Made by a program: the position numbers and the translations under genes. This document shows, piece after piece, positions 25,763 to 39,346 of a DNA stretch of 64,000 nucleotides; positions within the stretch are counted from its first letter, which is position 1; each line of letters opens with the position of its first letter. The stretch lies in NCBI GenBank assembly GCA_004022145.1, contig RCNU01000011.1; one strand, 5' to 3'. Origin of the DNA: Paecilomyces variotii (lineage: Eukaryota). The notes under the pieces were generated by a model. It ran no database searches. It had not been told where the DNA came from and saw nothing but the letters and a program-made list of their open reading frames with translations.

Positions 25763-26553
25763 GTTGTATTGTGGCTTACAAGCCGTACATTTATAGTCCT
25801 GAATGGGTAAGCTGAGACTGAGGGCTAACGATCATTGCTGCGAAGGGGGCGGTCATTTATCAGTGACGGTTACTCATGTAAGTACGGAAGTCTTGGGCGC
25901 TAACCGTTGAAACCCAATAACTACTTAGGGACTTCTGGAAGTCAAGTTCCCTAGTGTGCAGTTAACGCCCTCACAAATGGGCGCTACATCGCTAACAAGA
26001 TGTCTTTTTCTGAGATGTTAGTCAAAAGACAGAGAGCTAAACCATTAGTTATACTCTTAGTTGACTGTTTATCTAAGATCATAAATTAACTATCTTATCC
26101 TGCTCTGTCTGTGCTCTTTTAGCATCGTATTCATGGATTACAGACAGACGATTACAGCTAGTTATAGTTACAAGAGAGAGAAAGATCATGGGGGATTGTA
26201 TATCTGCCGTTATGATTTCATTATAATTCAATTTACTGATACCTATTCTATAAGATTGACAGCTAAACTTGATATGTAGATACTCTGGTGGGTAGTCAAC
26301 TTACGCTGCAGGCCGACTGATGACTAAGCACAATGACATTCGACCATGTCCGCGGCGGCGTTCCGAAGGCTCTCAGGACGCATAGCTTCAATGACGGTGC
26401 GCATATTGCAAGCAACTGTCGGGTTATAGTTCTTCTCAAGACGACCTTGGACATTTTCTCTATTCCAGAACGTGGGAGAGATTCGTCGATCAGGCTCGCG
26501 TGTTTTGTGCAGCTCAAACCTTTCGGTCCCCGCGCGCTACGCGCTCCGCAGTA

Positions 26554-28879
26554 ATGGCGAGTATCGACGAGCTTTTCAAGGTACGTTGAATAGGGCCATT
26601 GGGTGTTTGTTTCCTGTGAGCATGCGATGTGGGTACTCATTGATATACAGAACCCTGTAATTACAGGAGGCAATAAGCGCAAATTCGAACCGAATCAGGA
26701 TCCAAGTACGTCCTTCACCTGCGCGAGCGATCTTCTATCAACATTCACGACTCTCACAGCGTCCAATGTATACTAACGTGCAGAAGATGAACTATATAAG
26801 GCAGCTAAGCTAGGTGCCAATGGAGATGTGAAAAACAAGGGTAAAGCGCCTATGGTCGAGGACGAAGGTGCAGAAGAGGACGACGGTATCGCGGGCCCAG
26901 AGCTCCCTCCAGATTTCGAAGAAGATGTACCAGATGACGAGGAAGGCCGTTTCTTCGGTGGTGGTATGGCGCGCGAGACGGCGAAGGCAATGGAGTATAT
27001 TGATCAGGTGGATGAGGAGGGGCCAGTTGCGGTATGTAGTATCAGGGCATTACTACTTCGTGGGTCATCATTATGGTCCTTGGCTGACTCGTCGCGGTTA
27101 TGATGTACAGCCTGAAAAGATCGATAGCGCCTGGGTGCGTCGCCTCGCACTGAATTTCGAGAAGCGGATATCGAAGAATGCGGAGCTGCGAGCAAAATAC
27201 GAGAATGATCCGCAAAAGTACGTCTAGTATAAACATTGAGATCAGGACTGTTCAAGCAATACTGATGAGGGCCTAGGTTTATGGCATCTGAGGCTGATTT
27301 GGATTCCGATATCAAATCATTGTCTATCCTCTCTGAACATCCGGAGTTGTACGACGAATTCGCGAAATTGGGATCCGCGGCCTCACTTGTCTCCCTCTTG
27401 ACCCACGATAACACTGACATAGCAATCGATGCTATTCAGATTATCAGCGAACTGACGGACGAAGACGTTGAAGCGAAGCAGGAACAATGGGACAGTCTTG
27501 TCAATGCGCTGGTTGGTGTTAATTTCCTGCAGTCTCCTAGCACTGGGCTTACGTCTTTTAGCTGGATGCCGATGTTATTGATCTGATGACGTCGAACCTC
27601 TCTCGATTGGACGAAGAGAATGAAACTGACAGAGCAGGAGTTTACTATATCTTGAGTAAGTAACTAATCTGTCCACTGGCGTGTCATATTTCTAACGGTG
27701 GGATAGGCGTCCTCGAGAACCTAGCTTCGCAGACATCCATCGCAGAGAAGATTGGGGAAGGTCATGATGTCTTCAAGTGGCTACTATCACGGATACAGAG
27801 AAAGGAGAGCCCCGTCAGTCAAAATAAGCAGTACGCCGCTGAGATTTTGGCCATCCTGTTACAATCTTCTGCCAAGAACCGAGAAAAGTTCATCGGTCTA
27901 GATGGTGTCGATGCCCTACTTCAACTTCTCAGCCCTTACCGGAAACGGGACCCTGAGAAAGATTCCGATGAGGAGGAATACGTGGAAAATCTGTTCGACT
28001 GCTTGGTCTGTCTAGTGGATGAAGACGCTGGGAAAGAAAAATTCCTTGAGGGTGAAGGAATTGAACTGGCGCTTATCATGCTCCGAGAGGGGAAATTCAG
28101 CAAGCAACGAGCCTTGCGAGTCTTGGATCATGCTCTTGCGCCGCAGGGAGGTGCACCTGCTTGCGAACGGCTGGTGGAGGCAGCTGGTCTGAAGACGGTG
28201 TTTGGCACGTTCATGAAAAAGGTGAGTCCCTCGCCTTGCGCTGAATTAGTAGGAATCTGACTCTGTGTAGCAAGAGCATCAGACCATTGAACATCTGCTC
28301 GGGATCTTCAACTCCATGCTGCGCCTTCTACCTGGTGGTTCCGCTGCGCGGATCCGAACACTGGCGAAGTTTATGGAGAAAGACTACGAGAAGATTGAGA
28401 AACTAGTCAAACTTCGACGCGACTACGCGTCGAGGATAAGACCGGTCGAGGAGGTCATCGAAAAAGAGCGGAAGTCGCTAAGTAAGGAAGATCAGGAAGC
28501 CATGGCTGCCGAATGGCTATCTCGTCGACTCGATGCGGGTCTTTTCTCACTACAGGTATGAAAAATCTCTGCGTACGTGCTGTGCAATGCTAATATTTTC
28601 GTAGATGATCGACGTTATTCTGGCTTGGCTAGTTGCCGAGGATGATGGCGCGAAGAAGAAAATCGAGGCGCTCCTTGCGGACCGTGACGAGGATCTATCG
28701 CTTGTCCGGGGCACTCTCGAAGGTGAGCGCAACCATATTGGCCCTTATTCTTCGAATCCATCGTGCTGACAAATATAACAGAGCAAATTGAGGGTCTTGG
28801 TGAGGAAGATGCTGGTGAACGGGATTTGAAAGGGATGCTGGAAACTCTACTGCAGTTCACGCAGCCTAGCGGGAAGTGA
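26554..28879 (+). CDS. CTNNBL1: Beta-catenin-like protein 1 (spliceosome-associated, DUF1716)
   Basis: Multi-exon: MASIDELFK, DDEEGRFFGGG, FEKRISKNAELRAKYENDPQKFMASEADLD, HDNTDIAID, NKQYAAEILAILLQ, EEYVENLFDCL, RRLDAGLFSLQ. Confidence 0.9.
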
Positions 28880-29350
28880 TGGCCACCTCGTTCCCATGTA
28901 ATATATACTAGTGCAATAATAATGATTTCATAATCATTGATAAAGCCTTTATATTGCCTGGAATAATATGGTGAATTAGAGTGTTGTATTCAATCACGTG
29001 ACAGTCCCATAACAGTTAGCGCAAAACTCGGCGCTAACCGGGGACTCGGCGCTAGTGGCGGCTCTGCTCAAGATCCAGCCAGAGCAACGGCGAACAAAGC
29101 GTCCAGGCTTGCTCTCCTTCACTCATCACGGCTGGCTTGGGATTGTCGCCGTGCCATCTATTCATCATCAGGATTCCTGTATCACAGCACTTGTGTCTTC
29201 AAAGTGATCGCTGTGACGCCTTCCTAGTGAGACCGCGCCCTTACCAGCACTGGGGAGCCCAGCTGGCAGCCGACCTTTTCGCTTGAGCGCGACGCGCCCT
29301 TTTGCGCTCACCAGGGCTTCTTCGACACCGTCTCGGTCCAGTTGCCCAAG

Positions 29351-32300
29351 ATGGCGGAATACGACGATACCTATGAAGATGAGTACTATGATGATGTCGA
29401 CGAGGGGATTACGTCGGAGGACTGCTGGACGGTGATTTCGTCCTTCTTCGAGTCCAAGGGTCTGGTGTCGCAGCAGCTGGACTCGTTCGATGAGTTCATC
29501 TCCTCGACTATGCAGGAGTTGGTCGAGGAGCAGGGACAAGTGACACTCGACCAGACCCTTCCGCCAAATGAAGACGAAGTTGACCCCGTCGTGCTACGCC
29601 GGTATGAGCTGAAGTTTGGAACGGTCATGCTGGCGAGACCGGCAATGACTGAAGGTGATGGCGCGACGACAATCATGTTGCCACAGGAAGCTCGTCTACG
29701 AAATCTTACGTACGCGAGTCCCCTGTATCTGGGTATCACGAAGCGGATCATGGAGGGTCGCGAGCGGCTTGTGGCGGACCGCGATGATGAGGATGGGCTG
29801 GCGACGGAGGAGGAGCGGAAAGCTCGAGGCACATACTTGCACTGGGAACAGAAGGAACTGCCGGAAGATCAGGCAAAGGAGGAGACTGTCTTCATCGGAA
29901 AGATGCCGATTATGCTCAAGTCAAAATACTGTATCTTGAAGGATCTCAGTGAGCAGTCCCTCTACAACTGGAACGAGTGCCCATACGACTCTGGCGGTTA
30001 CTTCATCATCAACGGAAGCGAGAAGGTCCTTATCGCCCAGGAACGCAGTGCCGGAAACATCGTTCAGGTGTTCAAGAAGGCACCTCCGAGTCCGACGCCA
30101 TATGTCGCCGAGATCCGAAGTGCTGTCGAGAAAGGTTCGCGTATCCTGTCGCAACTGTCGCTTAAGCTCTTTTCCAAGGGAGACAGTGCGAAAGGAGGAT
30201 TTGGTCCGACCATCCGATCGACTCTTCCCTACATCAAGACCGATATTCCGATCGTTGTCGTATTCCGTGCGCTCGGTGTCGTGTCTGACGAAGATATTCT
30301 CAACCACATTTGCTACGACCGTAATGATACCCCGATGCTGGAGATGTTGAAACCGTGTATTGAGGAAGGTTTCGTCATCCAGGACCGCGAAGTTGCCCTG
30401 GATTTCATCAGTAAGAGAGGATCTTCGCAGACCAGTATGAACCATGAGAGACGTGTGAGATACGCAAGAGAGATCATGCAGAAGGAATTCCTTCCACATA
30501 TCTCCCAGAGCGAGGGAAGTGAGACTCGAAAGGCCTTCTTCCTGGGCTACATCGTTCATCGACTGCTTCAATGTGCTCTCGGCCGTCGCGATGTTGATGA
30601 TCGTGATCACTTTGGAAAGAAGCGTCTGGACCTTGCTGGTCCTCTGCTCGCTACGCTTTTCCGAACCCTCTTCACCAGAGTTACTCGTGACCTTCAGCGA
30701 TATGTTCAGCGCTGCGTTGAGACCAACCGTGAAATCTATCTCAATATTGGTGTTAAGGCAAGCACCTTGACTGGAGGTCTGAAGTATGCTTTGGCCACAG
30801 GTAACTGGGGAGAGCAGAAGAAGGCTGCCAGCTCTAAGGCCGGTGTTTCTCAAGTGTTGAGTCGTTACACCTATGCGTCTACGCTTTCCCATCTTCGCCG
30901 CACCAATACGCCAATTGGTCGTGATGGAAAGATCGCCAAGCCTCGACAGCTTCACAACACCCACTGGGGATTGGTGTGTCCGGCTGAGACTCCTGAAGGT
31001 CAAGCTTGTGGTCTTGTCAAGAACCTGGCGCTTATGTGTTACATCACTGTCGGAACGCCTAGCGAGCCCATCATTGATTTCATGATTCAGCGAAACATGG
31101 AGGTTCTGGAAGAGTTCGAGCCGCAGGTGACGCCCAACGCGACAAAGGTGTTTGTCAACGGAGTGTGGGTTGGTATCCACCGTGATCCAACCCATCTCGT
31201 CAACACCGTCATGTCTCTGCGTCGCCGTAACATGATCTCCCACGAAGTCAGCTTGGTTCGCGATATCCGTGACCGAGAATTCAAGATCTTTACCGATGCT
31301 GGTCGTGTATGCCGACCGCTCTTCGTCATCGATAATGACCCGAAGAGCGAGAACTGCGGTTCTCTGGTCCTCAACAAAGAACACATCCGTAAACTTGAGC
31401 AGGACAAAGAGCTTCCGCCAGACCTTTCACCGGAGGAGCGCAGAGAACGGTACTTCGGATGGGATGGACTGGTTAGGTCTGGAGTTGTGGAGTACGTCGA
31501 TGCAGAGGAAGAAGAGACCATCATGATCGTTATGACGCCTGAAGATCTAGAGATCTCTAAGCAGCTTCAGGCCGGATATGCTCTCCCTGAAGATGAGGGC
31601 AACGATCCCAACAAGCGCGTCCGGTCCGTCCTCAGTCAGAAAGCGCACACCTGGACACACTGTGAGATCCACCCCAGTATGATCCTCGGTATTTGCGCCA
31701 GTATTATCCCTTTCCCGGACCACAACCAGTCTCCTCGTAACACCTACCAGTCTGCAATGGGTAAACAAGCTATGGGTGTATTCTTGACGAACTTTGACCA
31801 GCGAATGGAGACGATGGCCAACATCCTTTATTATCCACAGAAGCCGCTGGCCACTACACGGTCCATGGAGTTCCTCAAGTTCCGAGAACTTCCAGCCGGG
31901 CAAAACGCCATTGTCGCCATTGCTTGCTACTCTGGATATAACCAGGAAGATTCCGTCATTATGAACCAGAGCAGTATTGACCGTGGACTGTTCCGCAGTC
32001 TGTTCTATCGTACTTACACGGACTCCGAGAAGATGGTGGGGCTGACAGTGGTCGAGCGTTTTGAGAAGCCTATGCGCTCCGACACCATCGGTATGCGGAA
32101 GGGTACGTACGACAAGATCGACGAGGACGGTATCATTGCTCCTGGTGTCCGTGTGTCCGGTGAAGATATCATCATCGGTAAGACGGCCCCTCTTGCCCCG
32201 GAAGCAGAGGAACTCGGTCAGAGAACGAAGGCGCACACCAAGCTGGATGTCTCGACACCGCTGCGAAGTACCGAAAGCGGTATTGTCGACCAGGTTTTGG

Positions 32301-33223
32301 TATCCACGAGCAACGATGACTTGAAATTCGTCAAGGTGCGGATGAGGACCACCAAGATCCCCCAGATTGGTGACAAGTTCGCTTCCCGTCACGGACAGAA
32401 GGGTACTATTGGTATTACATACCGCCAGGAAGATATGCCATTTACGCGGGAGGGTGTCGTTCCTGATTTGATCATCAACCCTCACGCTATTCCATCGCGT
32501 ATGACTATTGCACACTTGATCGAATGTCAACTGAGCAAGGTGTCATCGCTGCGTGGATTCGAAGGTGATGCCACGCCGTTCACGGATGTCACTGTCGATT
32601 CCGTGTCTCGCCTGCTGCGTGAACATGGCTACCATTCGCGTGGATTTGAAGTCATGTACAATGGCCATACTGGACGGAAACTGGTGGCACAGGTCTTCCT
32701 GGGACCAACATACTACCAACGTCTACGACACATGGTGGATGACAAGATCCATGCTCGTGCTCGTGGACCAACTCAGATCCTGACCCGGCAGCCGGTAGAA
32801 GGTCGTGCACGTGATGGTGGTCTCCGTTTCGGAGAAATGGAACGCGATTGTATGATTGCTCACGGTGCCAGTGCTTTCCTGAAGGAGCGTTTGTTCGATG
32901 TGTCGGATCCTTTCCGTGTCCACATCTGCGACGACTGCGGCCTGATGACTCCCATTGCGTAAGTATTCTGGTTCCTTGTCCCGTAGTCCCTATTGCTGCA
33001 GTTTCTACGGTTTTGTTTCTTTCTTCGTGCCTCATTTTACTAACTCCCGGTTCCCTGCAGGAAACTCAAGAAGGGCTTGTTTGAGTGCCGACTGTGCAAT
33101 AACAAGCACCGGATCTCGCAAGTACACATCCCGTATGCCGCCAAGTTGCTCTTCCAGGAGCTGGCCTCCATGAACATCGCGGCACGCATGTTTACCAACC
33201 GCTCTGGAGTATCTGTGCGATGA
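29351..33223 (+). CDS. RPB2: DNA-directed RNA polymerase II second-largest subunit
   Basis: [58 protein letters not shown] and [12 protein letters not shown]. One intron at 32959-33060. Confidence 0.99.
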
Positions 33224-34058
33224 TCAGATTGATTATCAGTCTCAGATCATCGACTAGCCCGTCGGTCTCCCATCATCTGTTCGCTACCTACTGGCAGGTA
33301 GCTGGGGGTCTTGGTGGATACTGCGTTGTAATTATTCATAATTCTTCACAGGCTTCACCCAGGACTCAAAAATCATATATTACTCGTATTCCCTTCTCTG
33401 GTCTTTCCGCGATGTCTTTCCGAGAATGGCACCTTGGCATCATCTGGCGCACAGCGAATTTGTTATCAGCTTTTCCTATTTTTGTTCTCTACGGGATGCG
33501 GGAATAGAGTGGGACAGCCGTAGATATTTCGTCGGCTGTTGAAATTGGATTTGGACGATTGCTCGTTCTCTTGCTTGATAGGCGTGGAGGGTAGTAACCG
33601 TGTCTTTAGCCCTCAAAACCTGTATTTTACATATGTTGCAAAATAAATTAAATAAAGCCATCTCGATCTGACAATTAGCATTCCGCATAGATCAGACTGC
33701 AAGCTCTCCTGGTTCCTTCAGCTAGACCGCTAAATTCATTATAAACTAGCTTTCTGGAGAAATAGGTTCATCTCTATAAAATCTTTTATTTCTGATTTTA
33801 ATTTTTATCTTTATAGATACTCAACAGTGAAAGGGAATTGGGGCATATGGCACCTACAACAACGTTGGAGGGACGTGGTTAAAGTTGGAGTACCGGAACG
33901 GAGGGGTGGGAAGAGGAATTGATGTGCTGCGAGAGTTCATGTAACGATGTTTGAAGAAGCATTGGATGGGATTTAGTGTTATGGATATGATATATCCGAG
34001 TCTATCGTGACGTATATAATTAAACATCTGCTATCAATATATACGGTCTATCATGCAT

Positions 34059-35754
34059 TTAACCGATTATCAACCCAAACCGTCCTTTTCCAGGCGTCAC
34101 TCTAAATATCCATTTCTGTCCTTTGAATTCTTCTCTTTCTGAAAAAGTCACATCCACAGATTCAACCGGGGGACTCAACGATGCCGCCACTGCTTTCGTA
34201 TTCGTCTTCGGTTCCTTCCATGGACCTGTCACGGGGCTGATATCAAACCGCAAGATAAGCATTGCTACTAGAGCCAAGATTTCTCCCGTGGCGAAGTGCC
34301 GACCCGGGCAAATACTGGGAGATATTCCAAATGAAAGGAACGCAGATGCTTTCTGTCTCTTATCCGCCGACTCGCCCAGTTTCGTAAATCTCCAGGGATC
34401 GAATTCCTCGACGTTAGAGCCCCATGCTGGTTTGTTCCGGTTGATTGTCGCGGCTGGGACCGCAATGATTGAACCCTTTTTCAGTAACAAGCGATCGTCC
34501 AGAGTTGTATCTTCATATACTACGCGGACTTGTCCGGAATTGGACCTGAGTCGAAGGGTCTCCTGGAAGGATGAAAGTAGTAGAGGGCAGTTATTCCGAA
34601 TATCGGCTAGGTCTAGTACGTGTTGTCCAGTAGAATCAACCGAGAGGGCTCCCTGACGAATCTCGTCTCTGATAGCCTCCAGCAGTGCTGGACGAGAATA
34701 GATATCAAAGATTGTCCAAAATCCAGTCGGGACTGTGTTTGAGAGTATCCCGAGCCCCATTACGGACTCGAGCCGAGCAATATTTTCCAAAGTCGCTCCA
34801 CGGTCATGTTGTGTCTTGAATCGGGCATATGCTAGTGGAGAAGCATCGTCATGTCCGTGTTCTTGATAGTACCGAATGAAGGATTTAACGAGCAACTCTC
34901 TCCCTTTCCGGGCCTTCCGTGCAGTGATCCAACCAGCTATATTTATCATTAATAAGCTAAGGTTGGATTCAACGTCCCTATAATACTCATCAAGTAAGCT
35001 GGCGACCTATATATGATAGTGAGTGACTGTGAGAAGTACCAAAATGCATCCTGAATAGTACGTGATTTGTACGGATTCAGTGGACCATAGACAGCATCCG
35101 TACTGGCAATAGTCATAGCATTACGACACCATTCAACCAGATCGATCCGACGATTCGGATATAATGCGAGCTCATCAATGCTTCCATTAAGAACGTCGAT
35201 CATCCGTCGATTCATATGGTCTAATCCATCACCCAGAAGAGAGGGATGCATCGCCTGAACAACCTCATTCCCGAGTCCTTTGCCGCCAGACGCTGTCTCC
35301 CGCAGAAGTTCAAGAGCGGAGCCTTGAACTCCCGCAAGGCGCTCTGCAGCACTGGTGAAAATTGGATCGAAAGATAACGTTCGGTGATTGCGCTTGACGG
35401 CAGATACCAAGTCGGGGGATGTGATCACGCTAACTTTGTTATTGAGCATTTTTAACGTGAAGATTGGCAAAGAGCATTTTGAACTGGTGTCATTGGTTAG
35501 TATTCGTATGAAAGATAAGTATGTGTATGAACGACATTCAATGTGCTGTAATATAGAGCAAATAAGTACCTCTGCATCGAAAAATATTCGATTCCATAAT
35601 GTATGAACGCGACAACATGGCCAATCACGGGGACTTTGCTATGAATAAGAGGAGGCTCAAGAGGATCTGGCGTGTCGTATTTCTGGTAGAGATACAATGC
35701 ACTCCCTAGTAGAATAATTAATAGGATGACTCCTACAGATATAGTTCCTGACAT
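34059..35754 (-). CDS. Cytochrome P450 (CYP7/CYP8-like fungal group)
   Basis: N-terminal TM anchor and PP/PVIGH region, ETLR K-helix, FDPWRF, heme motif FGISPSICPGRHF. Two introns. Confidence 0.92.
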
Positions 35755-38496
35755 GGTTTGGTTTGGTCTACCAGGGGTCTCTTCTGTCAATGAACGAAAA
35801 CAGGTGCCAATAAAATGCGGTTTATTTGTCCAAATTCAAATGTTATGTACTAGCCGTTTCTGGAATTCGCTTACATGTTCGAAGATTAAACTGAACTAGT
35901 TAACTAGTTAACTAAAAGGAGTATGATCTGTCACTGAATAATTGCAAACTGCTACATTTTTAACTTCCCGCGATACTCTCAAATGGCGCCGGCGCGGAGA
36001 CACTTAGCAATACCAAACCCACACGGGAGATGTAGGCATGAGTTTGACCAGATCCATGGATACTGTCAAGTATAAATATACAATCAGCTTGAACAGTAAG
36101 ATTGTCCCTTACATAATAGACTTAATAGGGAGTGTCTAGTCTGCTGGCCATCTGTTTCGGCCAAGATATTGTCGGGGTTCATCATAAAGCGAAGGTAATG
36201 TTAACTATTAGGGACCCTGGCAAATGGTACAAGTGACCTTGCACTATCTAACAAATCCTGGGCGTCTAGCTGTAGGCGACTGACTGAGTAGCTCCGTCTT
36301 ACAGATGCTTGAATCTTTCCGAGTTCGTCTACTCGCACGTCGCACGCATCATCAATCCAATGAACGCTTTCCTTAGCAACATATTCTCGACAAGTCTCCG
36401 ATCTGTCCCGCTGACCTTTGACAGAGAGAGGGGTAATGCTCACGAGGAACTCGGAAAAGCCAATGCCAACTCTGGAGCCCGCCTTGGTCCCATAGGGATG
36501 CCTGTTGGAGTAGTATGTGTTCAGGCAAGGTGGGAGCCATCATGCAAGTTTCTAGGTCAAACCCGGACGTCTCCATGCGGAATTCGTAATTAGAAGAGGT
36601 GATCCTGGGACATGATCACCGATTGCTCGTGAAATAACCTGACAGAGTGTCTGTAGGAAGGTTATACTACATAAACTTAAGATGATGTATCCAGATACAT
36701 ACATCTGTATCAATGCAGACTCCAAAGATGCAGTCCATCTTGGTCCGTTATTGCTAATCATAGTGGGCATTTTCTGACCATCATTAAAGGATATCCTTAG
36801 CACGTCGAGAGTAGGAGATTGGAGTTGTATAGATGATGCAGATGTACTATACATCATTCAGTGCTAGCATCTTTAGCGGTATGCATCTTCCCGAGAACAT
36901 TGTGTTCCCCTCAGCTGCAGTGGAACCGCTATTCCAGAATCTGGCTAGATATATGACAGTTGTCGAGGATAGTTATTAACAAACCGTATGCATGCGTCCA
37001 TATGAACTCCATAACTCAAGGTTGCGGTCCGTATAGCGGAAACCAACATGATCGCATGGCTGAGAGTGGACAGGATGATAACAGGCCTAGGGCCTTAGCT
37101 CCCTTGGTCTCCCAGGATGTCCATCTAGTCTTGTGCTTCTCGTGTGTGCCATCCTGGCTGCTGGTCGATTGCGAAAGGTGACTGGATGGGCGTTCTATGC
37201 CTGGAGGGGTGCCGGGCGCTAAATATCGTACTCTGGTTGGCGCACGAAAGCCCCGATGCGATGTGATCGCGACGAACACCAAAAATAGTGGACGAGAAGC
37301 CGACGGAGACTCTATTTTGGGACGATCACAAAATCGTCAGTCGACGCCCTCTGCAGCGCAGTCACCAATAGGGTCGGTATTCTAGATGCTTGGCTTGTTT
37401 CCCCCTCTTTGAGCTGATCCCGTCATTGGCAGTGGTGGACGACCATCACAATCGCCTGCAGAAGATGGCCGATGGATGGATTGATGATGGCTGATCGCCG
37501 GGATGAATGTGAACCACCGGATAGCAGCATCTCGTCGTCCATATAATCTGCTTGATCGCCCCAGCTCCAAGTCTCTTTTTCTTCCTTTTCTTCTCCAGCA
37601 AGCTTTTGCCTTTTCCAGAGCTGCCCATAGTTCGGAAGTCCCCCGGTTAGCACTGGTTGCAACCGTTTTTGTTTGTCTGTTCGTGGTTCTGATCTCTATA
37701 ATCTAATTGTTCAATTGCTTTGCTTTGTTGCATCTTTCTGAACCACATACATACATACATACGTCCACCGCCAATCCAACAAACAAAAGTAATAGACAAA
37801 CGAGCAGTGCTCTTGTCTATCTGTGGCCGGTATTAATCGGGTTGTCTCCTTGACTTTCGAACTATACAAACCAAAAACCAACAAACTGCTTTAATTACAA
37901 CGTCGCTGGTTCGACGTCCATCTTGTTGTTTTTTACAGCTCTGCCTTGCTCGGGCCTGAAGTTTCGGTCAGGTTGATTTTCGTGTGGAGGGTTAATACTG
38001 TTTCTCGACTGCAGTGTTGGACGAAGGATCCACGCCAAAAAAGTTGTCACTTCAAATTCGTGTCTTGTCGCGATCTACCTAGTCATTCGGTCTTCTTTTA
38101 CTTCTCGTCGAAGTTAATCATTTCGAGAGTCTCCGGTAGTCTCTTGTCAATTTCATCTTCTCTCGAACCCGTCCGGTTGCCATTGTGGCTCGATCTCAAT
38201 CGCAGACGGTATCTACCAAATCTCTCGACCATATCTTCGACTCTGTTAGCCAGTCAAGCCAACACGCTGGCTTGCATCTCGTGAAGACCCATCGCTAGAT
38301 ACATCTTTCGCAAACCTCCTGGTTTCCGCTGAGGAAGCTCTGTCTCCGACACCGAATCGTCGACAACATATATCTCTTTAATTTTATCGTCTTTCGTCCA
38401 TTGTTTAACGACCTTACGGCCCTCCTTCTACGGGAATCATAATCTAATATTTATTTCTATTTCACCTTTTTTATACAATTCGTTACTGCATCCATA

Positions 38497-39346
38497 ATGG
38501 CGACTGTGCAGCTCAACTTCTCTCTTCGGACCTCTGCCAACGTCAAGACGGTCCACCTCGTCGGATCATGGGATAAGTATTCTCGCCAACTCCCTCTTTC
38601 CAAGGATACTTCGAAGTCGGGATCATGGACAGGCAAGTTCCGCTTTCAGACATCGATGCTCAAGCTGGGTGGGCGGTATTGGTACTACGTAAGTCTACCC
38701 ATCTCCCTCGTCAGTTATTTCACTTCCAATCCCCAGGATTAACTAAATCATAAAGTATATCATGGACGGCTACCACGTTTCCCACGACCCCGCGCAAGAA
38801 TACACCGTTGAGAAAACCACCGGACGAAAGCTCAACGTCTTGGACGTGCCTGACCCGCGTAGTCCCACGTCTTCCAGCCACCACTCCCGACGCCAATCGA
38901 CCGATATTCCTAAAGGCCGCGCTCTATCGCCATCCAAGATCCAACACCCAAGACCCTCGAAACCCTACGAGTCGCGCCAAATCCGCGAAGATGACTTCAT
39001 CGTCGAAGAACTCGCGGACCAACTCGCATCATCCCGCCTCTCGGACGGGTACTACTCGAACAGCCCGCCTAGTTCCGTCGGCTCGTCGCTCTCCTCTCGA
39101 TCAGATAGCTCGTCCCCCTCTTCGCTGTCTTCTATGAGTGACCCGCCCACGCCCATCTGCCGTTGCGAGAGATACGGTATTACCCGCAAGGGAGACCGTG
39201 TCAAGTTAGACTGTGGCGGTAGCCGATGCGGATACTTCACCGAGTCATCTGAGGGATCAGACTGTTCGTCCGACGCGGAGTCCGATCACGACTATAGAGT
39301 CGCAAAGAGCGCTGCTCGTCGACAGGGCATCGTCGTCCGGAGATAA
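38497..39346 (+). CDS. esdC: EsdC-like early sexual development protein with N-terminal AMPK-beta-type glycogen-binding (CBM48-like) domain
   Basis: VHLVGSWDKY, YWYYYIMDGYHVSHDP, Ser-rich middle and Cys-rich C-terminal CRCERYGITRKGDRVKLDCGGSRCG. One intron at about 38689-38755. About 260 aa. Confidence 0.8.

Noticed and set aside
29921-32530. Long antisense ORFs (487 aa and 327 aa) opposite RPB2
   Set aside because: Expected shadow of strong codon bias in a highly conserved gene. No motifs.
4993-35754. Secondary-metabolite cluster built from the methyltransferase, FAD monooxygenase, Zn2Cys6 TF and P450
   Set aside because: No PKS, NRPS or terpene backbone gene, and the genes are interspersed with housekeeping loci.
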